Position numbers and translations under genes: made by a program. The notes under the pieces were generated by a model. It saw only the letters and a list, made by a program, of their open reading frames with translations. It was not told the DNA's origin and ran no database searches. 64,000 nucleotides of DNA from the human T2T-CHM13v2.0 reference genome, Homo sapiens. Position 1 is the first letter of the stretch. Each line of letters begins with the position of its first letter. Shown here piece after piece: positions 13,661 to 26,299 of the stretch. The stretch is from the NCBI RefSeq assembly GCF_009914755.1, contig NC_060925.1; one strand, written 5' to 3'.

Positions 13661-15457
13661 CAGGAGCAGCAGCCTCCACGTGCCAGGTCAGATGAAGGCT
13701 ATAGTCATAAAGCATATATTTTCTCTCTATAGCCAACTTCCTGAGTTCATAAAATGAACAAGCGTGTAGGTGTTCAGGCCATGCATCAAAGTGCTGAGAG
13801 GTACCACTTTCCCTGTGAACTGATATAATGATTAATGTGACCAAAATAATTTACCCGATGACAATGGGAAATGAATTCTGTGAAGGTGGCTGTAGGTAAA
13901 ATTCCCTAAGGACAAGGACTGGAGCACAGCTGGCTCATTTGACCAGCGGCTAGCACCCTTAGAGGATACAAAGCAATTTTGATATCTATTCTACTTTAGC
14001 TAATGTATTCTGTAACAGAAGTAACCAACACTTACAGGTTTGGACAAGGAAATTCTTTATCAATTAAGGACCCTTTTATATGTTTCTTCTGATCAAAATA
14101 TGCATTTTGCTGCCACCAAGCTACAGAAATTGGCAAGAAAAAAATAGTCTTACCTACTCAAGCCATATTCTTTATTACCCTTGGAACAGTGGTCTCATTT
14201 AAAATTCAAATATGCAATTAAAACCTTCTTACTCAAAAAAAGTGTTAAATAAGCTAAGACTAAACAAATGCATCCTAAAATTGAATATGAGAGAAACTAA
14301 AATGGATGTTCAACTGGGAAGTCTTCTAGGATTAGAAAGTAGAAATTAGCGGGTGGAATAAAATGCAATTACATAAGTATAAATCTTTCCTGCATCAAAA
14401 ACTTTCATTTTGCCTGATTCAGCGTTCTCAGGCCAAGGTATAAAGTTACTTGTATCCAAGGAAGTTTGTATATCAGATTCAATGCTAGGCAATTGAAACA
14501 TATTAATTCATGTAGTATATTTGAAGGAAAAAATGTTTATCTCTATTTGGAGGATGATATTGATGGTTTTGCTTGCTTAGTTGTTATGAGATACAGATTA
14601 TTTCCATTATAAAGCCATTATATGCATCTCATACTGTTGTCTTATTAGAAGTACATGAAAAATATTCTGTCCACAGAGAACAATAATTTCAGTGGAAAAC
14701 ATTTTATTCTGTTCTATATTCTACTAAGGGCAGCAACTATTAAGATGTAGTTCAAATGGCTAAATGTTTCAAAGGAAACACACTACATTAAGAAATCTAC
14801 ACTATGACTTATAGAGGTAGCTAGATGATAGATACATAGAGATAGATGGATACACACACAACAAGTAGAGAGTATCATAGAAGCAAATGTCCTATAACAA
14901 AAGAAGAAAATGCAAGTTAATAACAAGTTGGTGTTATTATTGTGAAATTAACTCTAAAACTCCCACATTTTCAAATGCATCTTAAATTTTGACTAATATT
15001 TTTATTTAATGAACCTGCTTAGGGTAGCAGTTAAAATACTTCTTTACTCCTATACATTTGATCATTTCAGAAATTTTATGCACATTCACACCATATTTTG
15101 TTTCATACAAGAAAATACTTAATCCTATTCATTTTAAGGTACTTGATATGCTTCTTTAAGAAATGCAAGAATGAACTAATATTTACCAGTGCCCATTAGA
15201 CTGTGGAATGACATTAAGAACTATATAAAACAGGTAAAATAAATATTGCCCTGGAAAGGCAAAAATTTACAATACAAATGTTAAGAAACCTTTAATATAC
15301 ATGGAAGAGAGATGCTGGAATTAAAAAAATATTCACATCAAACAGTAAGAATAGTCACCTCCAGTCAAAATTTAGGACATGGTAGGCTTTTGCTCACACA
15401 GTAATAGGAAAATATATTTTTAAATTTAAATATTATTTTAAGTTTAAATTTAGATAA

Positions 15458-15886
<429 letters not shown>

Positions 15887-16139
15887 CTGAAACTGCATTT
15901 CAACCTCTTCTTAGATAAAATAGTGACAAGATCAAAGACTTTTGCAGCTAAACAAAGGAGAGCTGAATTTAATTAATGCTGCAGCCTTATCTTAGGACAC
16001 TTAGATTCTTAAAGGAATCTGAATGATCAGTCCAAGGTTCTTAACAAAGGATCTACACTCTCTGAAAAAAAAAAAAATAGCAAAATAAGTTATATTTTCC
16101 TGTCCATTGTATTTTCAAATCGAATGTCTGGATTATAAT

Positions 16140-16400
16140 AAATTATGAATCAGGTGAAGAAAAAGGAAAATATGATTGAGAAAAAAACAGTAAATAGAAG
16201 GAGATCCATATATGATGTATATGATCGGTTTTGTAGAAAAAAGACTATAAAATAACTATTATAAATATGCTACAGAATTTGTAAGAAAAGATGTATATAA
16301 TGGCAGAAGAATTGGCAGATTTTATAAGTTACATGGGAAATCCAGTTTAAAAAATTGAATTTCTATTCTCAAAAATTTTATCTGAAAAAATGCAGTAAAC
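16140..16400 (+). mobile_element. Very old L1 ORF1-start remnant
   Basis: A-rich, aaagactataaaataactattataaatatgct motif typical of L1M ORF1 starts. Confidence 0.4.
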
Positions 16401-17002
16401 AACATAATGCTCTTATATATATATATTTTTCAAATAAATACTAATGGGTCATGGAATCTTTAATACAATCTTTGAATGTCTACCCTCATATAAAATACTA
16501 CTTATGTGAAATTCATAACATACATTTTAAAACAGTTTTAATGTGAAATTATTCTGTCATGCCATAACTATATACCCATAAGTTAAAGTCAAAATACTTT
16601 AGCACTGTTAAAACAAAAAAGCAAACAAACATTAAAGCACTAGACATATTATCTTTAAACAATAGACTATAAATGACATTTTCCATAATGTCATTTAGTA
16701 TAGTGTGGTATTCTATTAAAAATTGTATAAATGTACATTATCTAATCCTTTACAATGAAAGGCATTACATATCCATTTTAATTGTATAAAACTCTGTTGA
16801 AAACAATCTTTTTACATAACTCGTATTAATCATTTTAAAAATAGCTATTCTCATGTTTCACTGGAAAACAAATGAATTGCCAGGCCTACAGAAGAACTAA
16901 ATAATGACACACTTTCTGAATGCTATCTTATTAGTGATCCACTTGACTTTATTAGCCTACTTAAACTTATTTTATTAAGTGGAATAGTTAGAATGTTTAA
17001 AC

Positions 17003-17028
17003 ATATATATATATATATATATATATAT
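17003..17028. repeat. (TA)n microsatellite
   Basis: Directly visible. Confidence 0.95.
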
Positions 17029-17240
17029 ACACTTATGGTAGATGATATAACATAATGATGTATGGCTGGGAATATAAATAAAACTCTCTTCATCACACAA
17101 TTGTGAATTAAATGCTCAACTATAATACCAATAAAAATGTAATGTTGGGAGGTGATGGCATTTTGAATGCTTAGTCAAATATATACATCAGCCATTCTAA
17201 ATTACAGGCATGAAACAATCAGAATGAACACAAGCTGTAA

Positions 17241-17969
<729 letters not shown>

Positions 17970-18192
17970 ACTACATACAGTGGAATTAAAATTTAGAAAA
18001 AAATATAAACATATTTGTATGTTTGAATCAGGAGGATCCATCATAGTTGTAGTAACTTGTACAAATGTATTGACCTGTCATTAAGTAAAATATAAACATA
18101 TATTGATTTCAACAGAATAAATGTTTCAAATTTCCATCAGAATAATTTCTCATTTTACTTAATGACAGGTCAATTACATTTGCACAAGTTAG

Positions 18193-18650
18193 TGTTTCAG
18201 TTAGCTATTGCCAAAATAATGTTGCACAATAAGCAGGCAACAAACATTACTGACAGAATAATAAATATTTTGCTCATGCATCCTGGGTTAACTGGAGCTA
18301 AGCTAGGAAAGTTTGCTGATCTCGGGCTGGGTTTACTCTCAGTGTTAAGTTTCAGGTAACTGTCAGTTCACTTAGGATGGTTTCAGCTGGGGTAACATAG
18401 TTTAGTTCCCTTTGTCTCTTGTCTGACATTTACCTGGTGCTGGCATGTTCTGTGGTAATAGCAGAGTAAGAGAGAGTGTTCCAATATACAATGCCATGTT
18501 AAGCCTCTGTCTGTGTCATATTTGTTGACATCCCCTGACCAAATCAAATACTATGGCCAAGTTCCAGGTGACAGGATGGGGCAAATCTGCATGTCCATGA
18601 TGAGAGGCCAGTGTAAAGTAAAATGTGTAAACCTGTAATGTAATCCAACA
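18193..18650 (-). mobile_element. Old MaLR LTR (MLT1J/K-like)
   Basis: tcagttagctattgcc...aagcctctg...atttgttgacatcccctgaccaaatcaaatactatggccaag. Confidence 0.7.
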
Positions 18651-19020
18651 TTGCCCAACTTCACATGTGCATTTATTCACATCCTTCTCATGAGCAAACA
18701 TGCTCAACTCCCCAAGTCTCATTTAATCATGGGATCACCTTCAACACCTAGGAATTTTAATTTGACACCAAGGGTTAGATATAGATCCTCTTGATTCAGA
18801 GAGCTACAAACACATTTTAAAATGTTATCTGTATCCTTATCGAACCAACATTCAGCAGTGAAGAAGACAGAGTTCCATTTGAGAAGGAGAAGAACCAGAG
18901 GTGTATAGGAATAAGTAGTCAATAAAAATACTGAAACCCCGCTGGAACAATGCTTACAGGTCCCTGTAGTGATTTTATGCAAATGGTGAACTTATTTATA
19001 AACTAACAGAGAAATTATTC
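18651..19020 (-). mobile_element. MLT1 internal-sequence remnant abutting the LTR
   Basis: Minus strand reads ggggagttgagcatgtttgctcatgagaaggatgtgaat just before the LTR, resembling MLT1-int 3' ends. Confidence 0.45.
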
Positions 19021-19134
19021 CTGGGAAATTTTACCTAAAAATAAATCTGGAGGAAAAAAAGAGAGAAAAATATATCCCCCAAATTACTTAAAAACCATGT
19101 CTTGATATATTCAAATCAATTTTCTCTGTTTAAT

Positions 19135-19644
19135 TATTATTTTTATTGTTTTTTTAATTTACTTTAAGTTCTGGGATACATGTGCAGAATGTGCGGCTTT
19201 GTTACATAGATATACATGTGCCATGGTGGTTTGCTGCACCCATCAACCGTCATCTAGGTTTTAAGCCCCGCATGCATTAGGTATTTGTCCTAATGCTCTC
19301 TCTCCCTTTTCCCCCAACTCCCCAACAGGCTCCCGTGTGTGATGTTCCCCTCCCTGTGTCCATGTGTTCTCATTGTTCAACTCTTACTTATGAGGGAGAA
19401 CATGTGATGTTTGGTTTTCTGTTCCTGTGTTGGTTTGCTGAGAATGATGGCTCCAGCTTCATCCATGTCCTTGCAAAGGACATGAACTCATTATTTTTTA
19501 TGGCTGCATAGTATTCCATGGTGCATATGTGCCACATTTTCTTTATCCAGTCTATCATTGATGGGCATTTGGATTGGTTCCAAGTCTTTGCTATTGTAAA
19601 TAGTGCTGCAATAAACATACGTGTGTATATGTCTTTATAGTAGA
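19135..19644 (-). mobile_element. L1PA7/8-like, 5'-truncated (~0.5 kb)
   Basis: tttaagttctgggatacatgtgcag...ggttttaagccccgcatgcattagg; ORF 19388-19666 matches the ORF2p C-terminus (MFIAALFTIAKTWNQ). Confidence 0.93.
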
Positions 19645-20036
19645 TAGTCATTTTTCTAAATATCACAATTATTTAGCACACTGGTTACATATAGCATATT
19701 TATAGGTCAATATTAAACCTAACAATGTAGAAATATAGTTAATATTAAACACATTGGGTTATTTCTTCTTAAAGTATCTTATAGAGTGCCCCATAATAAA
19801 TATATCTCCATTCACATTTGCTGCAAATACATAAAATAACTAGGAAAGACCTAAAGAAACTTGTGAACAAATAAATTGGTTTATTGTATGAAAAATACTA
19901 CAATAACTTTTCTTAGAGCCATTAAATTAGTCTTTAAGTAATGAAAACATATATATTAGAATATAGATATCTCACTTTTTGTCAGAATAATTTGTATATT
20001 TAATGAAAATTGTAAAACATTAAACAACTTCATTTT

Positions 20037-21359
20037 TAACTTTTACTTTAGTTTCAGGAGTGCATGTGCAGGTTTATTATATAGATAAACTCCTGTACGG
20101 GAGTTTGTTGTACAGATTATTTTATCACCCAGACACAAAGCCTAATACCCAATAGTTATTTTTTCTAGTCTTCTCCCTCCTAACACCCTGCACCCTCCAA
20201 TAAGCCCCAGTGTGTGTTGTTCCCTTCTACGTGTCTATGTGTTCTTACCATTTAGCTCCCATTTGTAAGTGAACACATGTGGTATTTGGTTTTCTGTTCC
20301 TGTGTTAGTTTGCTAAGGATAATGGCCTCAAGCTCCATCCCTGTTCCTGCAAAGAAGATGATCTCATTCTTTTTTATGGCTGCATAGTATTCCATGGTAT
20401 ATATGCACCGTGTTTTCTTTACCCAATCTGCCATTAATGGGCATTTGGGTTGATTCTATGTCTTTGCTATTATAAATAGTGTTGCAATGAACATATGTGT
20501 GCATGTGTCTTTATAGTAGAATGAATTATATTACTTTGGATATATACCCAGTAATGTGTTTTCTGGTTCCAGTGGTATTCCTGTCTTTAGGTCTTTGAGG
20601 AATCACCGCACTGCTTTACGCAATGATTGATTTACACTCCCACCAACACTGTGTAAGCTTGCCTTTTCACTACAACCTCATCAGCATTTGTTATTCATTT
20701 ATTTTTTTTACTTTTTAATAATAGTCATTCTGACTTGTGTGAGATGGCATCTCATTTTGGTTTTGGTTTGCATTTCTCTAATGATTTGTGATATTGACCT
20801 TTTTATCATATGTTTGTTGGCTGCATGTATGTCTTCTTTTGAAAAGTTTCTGTTCATGTCATTTGCCAACTTTTTAATGTTTTTTTTTTTCTTGTAAATT
20901 TGTTTAAGTACTTTGTAGATGCTGGATGTTAGACCTTTATCAGATGTGTAGTTTACAAAAATTTTCTCCCCTTCTGTAGGTTGTCTGTTTACTCTGTTGA
21001 TAGTTTTTATTTTTATTTTTATTTATTTATTTTTTGCTGTGCAGAAGCTTTTAAGTTTAATCAGATCCCATTTGTCCATGTTTGCTTTTGTTGCTATTGC
21101 TTTTTACATCGTTGTCATGAAACCTTTGCCGGTTCCTATGTCCAGCATGGTATTGCCTAAGTTGTCTTTCAGGGTTTTTATACTTTTGGGTTTTACAGTT
21201 AAGTCTAATCTGTCTTGAATTAATTTATGTATATGGTATAAAAAAGGGGTCCAGTTTCAATCGTTTGCATATGGCTAACCAATTATCCCAGCACCGTTTA
21301 TTCAACAGGGAGTCCTTTCCCATTGCTTGCTTTGTCAGCTTTGCCAAAAATCAGATGGT
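20037..21359 (-). mobile_element. L1PA13-like (L1PA12-15) 5'-truncated element
   Basis: Antisense L1 3' UTR and ORF2 end; TSD acaacttcatttt 20024-20036 and acagcttcatttt 21360-21372. Confidence 0.9.
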
Positions 21360-21499
21360 ACAGCTTCATTTTAATATAAATAAGTTATATTAAATTTATT
21401 TAACATTAAAAATAATAAAATGTTTAAAATGTTAATGAAGAAAATAAAATGAGTGAATAATTCTAGACAAGTGATGTTAAAACATTTATTAAAAATGGT

Positions 21500-22200
21500 T
21501 ATTTGTTCCAGTATCCACTAATGAAGGATTAAGTAATTCAGAACTACCTTTCTGCTGAAGACAAGAAAAACCGGTAAAAGGTTTTTTTAAAAACTATAAT
21601 TGAGGGCAATAGAGTCTGAAATATTTCTAGGACACAATCCAAAGAAGAAAGGCGTCTCAAGGAATAGAGCCCAGAAACAAGAACAGCTTTTCCTCTGCAA
21701 CTTAGCCAATTCTGTAGCAGCCAACTGAATGTTGGAGAGTTTGAGCTTTGCAGCTGTTTAATCATCTCACTGATCAAGGGAAAGGAAATTGGAATGCAGA
21801 GCCTGCTAAATGGTGAGGGTTTAGAGAAAGTGGAAGAGGCTGGCAAAAACTTTACTTGTGGTTCAAATCTGAAAGTCTTCACTCTAGCAAGAGAAGGAAA
21901 CCCAGTGACTGAAGTCCAAATTTGAAGCTGACAATATCTGACATGTAATAAAAAGATAATTGGGCATAATGGAAAAAAGCAAAGACAGTACAAATGTTAC
22001 TGATAGGAGAAAACAAAATAAAATACAATAGAAGGAGATCATCACAGAATATTGGAGTTATAAATACAGACTTTGAAATATATGATACACCTTTGGGAAT
22101 TAAAATTTATGCAAGAAGTCTCACTAATTTTGGTTCAGTCAACGTCAATGAGACAACTTATAAGAAACTTGGAACTAAAACAATTTTGATCTTTAATTCA
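21500..22200 (+). mobile_element. Ancient L1M/HAL1 5' region remnant
   Basis: Purine-rich; ends with cagaatattggagttataaatacagactttgaaata, an ORF1-start-like motif. Confidence 0.4.
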
Positions 22201-22719
22201 TATCATAGATCAAAATAAATTCTGAATAATTTTAGTATATAAATATATAAAATTGCACAACTGGAAGACAGTTTAATATAAAATAATATGACATTCAATT
22301 TAGAGAGAAATATGTTCTATTTTTTAAACTGATACATTTATCATAAAACAAATTAGTTATTTAAATTAAATACATCAAGTTAGAAGTTATGCTTTGTCCA
22401 TCCTGTTCCCAGTTGATTGTGGAGTATTGCCTTGGGAATATGATTGCCAGGATAGTCAGTGGTTACCTCATTTACTAATTTTTATGTAGGCAAAAATAGA
22501 AAATAATGCAGTCAGATGAATATGTGTCTTTTGTGTTTTTTTTAACAAGTATTTATGGTATATCCTTTGTGCCAGGGACTGAGACATCTATTCTGGGTAC
22601 CTCAGTATACAAATCAGCTAAATCTCCAAGAAATTAGAGGGGAATTCTTGGACACTTTAGAAACACTCATATAATTTAGGGCATAGTCATAGTCAAAGAC
22701 AATAGAAGATGTGTGGTGG

Positions 22720-24285
22720 TGATGGCAGTGGGGGCCCATCTGGAGCTGCCACTGCCATGACACCGGCTGCAGTGGAAGCAGCAAGGCTGGGGCTGTGTGC
22801 TCCATGGAGCCGGCAGGAGCTGGGAACAGTTGGGATCCCTGACCTCTTCTGAGTTGGAGGGGTGGGAGCCCTGCCCTCCTGGGCACAGCTACAGCTACCC
22901 AGCCACGGCTGTGGACCCTGGAATTCCTGCACTCTCAGGGACCTGGGAAGCCTCCCTGGCCCCACAGGCACAGAAGTGCTTTGCCACCACTGCCTGGAAT
23001 CTCCCTGCTCCCAGTGCCCACTCCAATTTCGGAGCAAAGGTGAGGCCCAGGCTGGGCGCTGTTGCAACCCAGCTGGGTGTGCATGCGCTCAGGGAAACAC
23101 TGACACTCCAGCCCCCTGCTGCTTTGGGCCCCTCTGGTTGGGCACCAATGAGCATGGGAGCAAGGCTGAGGGGGAGCTGAAGGCAGCTCAGTGTGGGCCT
23201 GCAAGAACCCTTGGCACAAACAGCTTGGTCACCATGTGCACCATGGACAGGAGGTTGGTGGCGGCAGGAGGCAGACAGGCTCCTGGGTAGAAAGGGGTGG
23301 GTCCCCGGTGAAGTCCCACCTTCAAGCCAGAGACTGCTTGAAGCCTGGGGACTGAGCTGTCAGTTCTGCAGACCAAAGTGAGAACTTATGATGCTTTTAT
23401 AGAGCTGCCGTGGCCACCTGTGGGCCAATCAGCACCCACTTCGTCTCCTCTGAAGCCCATATAAATCCCAGACTCAGCCAGATTCAGGCAGTGGACAGGA
23501 TGACCTGCCTGTGGAGAGGAGCTACCTATTGTGGGTCCCCATTCCACTGACAGTTGTACACTGGTCGGGACAACCTACCTGCAGAAAGGAGCTACCTACT
23601 TCGGGTCTCCTGAGAACTGTTCTGATGCTCAATGAAGCTCTTCTCTGCCTTGCTCACCCTCCAGTTGTCCCTGTACCTCATTCTTCCTGGACATGGGACA
23701 AGAACTCAGGATGCACCAAATGGCAGGACTAAAAGAGCTGTAACACAAACAGGGCTGAAACACACCCTGCTACTTGCCATGTTGCGAGTGGCAAGAAGAA
23801 GAGAAGAGTTGTGGCCTTTTGGGAAGCCAAGAGGTAGGGCCTTCCTGAGCCAGGGCTGTGACACCCTCATTGGGGTTCTGAAGTTCCTGAATACTCCAAG
23901 ATTCTGGACACCACTGTGTTCTCCTCATCCAGAAGTGGATGCCCACAGCAGAAGCCATGTACAGTACATCTGGTCCAGTAGCAGATTCGCATGGAGCCAC
24001 TACCTGTGCCTGGAGCTGCCTGCCCAGCCCGCTGCAGCAGCCAGCATGTTTGGCTGTGCACAGTGGCTGGACCCCATACTCGCTCATCTACACACCCCTC
24101 ACTGCTCCATGCCTGCCTTGCGCTTTGCAGGTGTGGGATCTGGGCCGGTAGAGTGAGCGAGCAAAGTCTGTTAGGCTGAGTGGGCAGAACGAGCCCAGAA
24201 GGCATGAGCAATACTCAGGCAGAAGGCGGCACCAGTCAGAGAGGATTCTGGCTGGTGAAGCAATACTTTGAGAATCCTGTGAACA
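22720..24285 (+). mobile_element. ERV1 solo LTR, MER52 family (~1.57 kb, GC-rich)
   Basis: Starts tgatggcagtggggcccatctggagctgccactgccatgacaccggctgcagtgg and ends gaatcctgtgaaca; flanks gtgg/gtga; accounts for the ORF cluster at 22.6-24.2 kb. Confidence 0.88.
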
Positions 24286-25640
24286 GTGATATAATGCATT
24301 CCAAAAAGTTGACTTGCTTTTCCCTCTGAATACCTGTAAGTCAGTATAGCTGTTGCTCTGATTAGATAGGTGTAAAAGTAAGTTTTTGGGTTTTTTTTCC
24401 TACTGATGTCATGCTCATCTCTCAGTTATCTATACTAATATGGAGAAGCAGTAGTGTGGAACATCCAGAATGCCTGATCATCATAAAGTCCTGAATGGCT
24501 GCAAACAATTTATACGCTATATGTTTTAGAAGCATCACCTTCCTGGTAATATTTTGCTTCAGTGCACATTAAAATTAGTTTGCATTCCCTATATACACAG
24601 TGTCTAGGTGATGAGGGAACAAGTCCAGGAAGTATGAAGGATGGTTAGCAATAGCCCTTTTAGTAGATAATACACAGAGCGCCAATCTGTATGTAGTTAA
24701 CACACAATTGGCAATACATAAATCTGTTGCTATGATTGAGGTTACAGAGTGTTATATTACTCTATTATTATGGTCTGTATTTCATCTTTCCTTAATCATG
24801 TTTAGGAGAACCTAAAATAACTTACATGTGGAAGCATATTGTAAAATCTTATATTTATTGCTTAAGCAGAAACAAAACTATAGCAGTCACTAGAGATGAA
24901 CAGATTACAGAATAAGGTCATTGATATTTCTCTAAGTATACTGGTAGCTCAGGGAAAAAAATAAAGCAAATTTAGTTAAATGTTGGTTAATATAATGTAC
25001 TGGTTTATGTTACTTCTGAAATTTAAAATATTGACTGTTCACTTTATGAAATTTTAAAATTCAAAATGGGTAAGGGAAAAAATATAATAATAGTAGCATC
25101 ACTAACTAGAAGAGAGTGTTGCCAATACTGTATATATTTCCTTCATCTTAAGCAACTATTTTATTTTATGAGAACAAATTGATCACATTGAACATTGTTT
25201 TTTAATCCATTTTCACTTTTTATGCTCTTATATACCCTATTATTTGACTGTATGGTTTTAATACTATTATATTATTTATTAATAAAGTTAAATATTAAAA
25301 TTAAGGTTCTATTATTGAATACTAAGGTTTCCTGAAAAAATTTTTAAGGACAAGGGAATATCTTGGGGTTGTTACAAGTTTGGTCTTTAAAAGCAAAAAT
25401 CTTGTGTTTAAATTCCATTTCTATATTTTGTTTGCTGTTATTTATTAAATATTCAATTCCCAGTCTCAGTTTTTCTAGGTAAATTATTATAAATTTAATA
25501 AAATCATCTCCTTTATTATGCTGGCATTTTTTATTTGATTATTTGTATTTACTTTCATTTATTTTTCTTATTTTGAAATGGAGAGAATCTTTAGAGCAAT
25601 GTTAATAGAGGAGATAAACTGCTGATTTATATAGAAACAC

Positions 25641-26092
25641 TGATAAAAGAAAAACTTCAGCCAAATTAAATTTAAAGGAGTTTAATTGAGCAATGAACAA
25701 TTCATGAATTGAGCAACCCACAGAATCACAGCAGATTCACAGAGACTCCAAGGGTGCCTTATGGTCAGAACAAATTTACAGACAAAAAAGGGAAAGTGAT
25801 GTACAGGAATCGGAAGTGAGGTACAGGAATCGGAAGTGAGGTACAGAAACAGTAAGATTGATTACAGCTCGTAGTCTGCCTTATTTGAATGCAGTTTGAA
25901 CATGCAGCAGTCTATGGGTGATTGTAGTATGGCCTCTGGGATTGGTCAACACTCAGCCATTATTACAGGTAAATACTATTAAGTCAGATTTTCAATTTTG
26001 TCTGACTATTAAGCTATGTTACAGTTCATCCACAAGGCCTCAAATATAAATGTATGGAGTCCTTCTCAGGCCATATTTAGTTTGCTTTAACA
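25641..26092 (-). mobile_element. ERV1 solo LTR, MER57A-like
   Basis: Minus strand starts tgttaaagcaaactaaatatggcctgagaaggactcc; perfect TSD acac at 25637-25640 and 26093-26096. Confidence 0.9.
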
Positions 26093-26299
26093 ACACCTTT
26101 ATCTGTTTCTACCTTTTTGTATTGTTTATCAGTTTGAAATAGGTAATATCAGTCCTTAAGATATAATCTTTTTCTAGTTTACTTGGAAATGTTTTTATTT
26201 AAGTCAAAATATATTGTGAATATCATAAAATAGCTCCATAATTAATTGACATTAACAAATTATTTTTCCTTTTGATATATTTGTTTCACAACCTCACTT

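Noticed and set aside
13464-13844. Lys/Glu/Gly-rich and Pro/Ser/Phe-rich ORFs
   Set aside because: Produced by the GA-rich low-complexity tract
22614-24211. Dense cluster of overlapping 60-174 aa ORFs on both strands
   Set aside because: All lie within the GC-rich MER52 LTR, where stop codons are scarce; no recognisable protein motif
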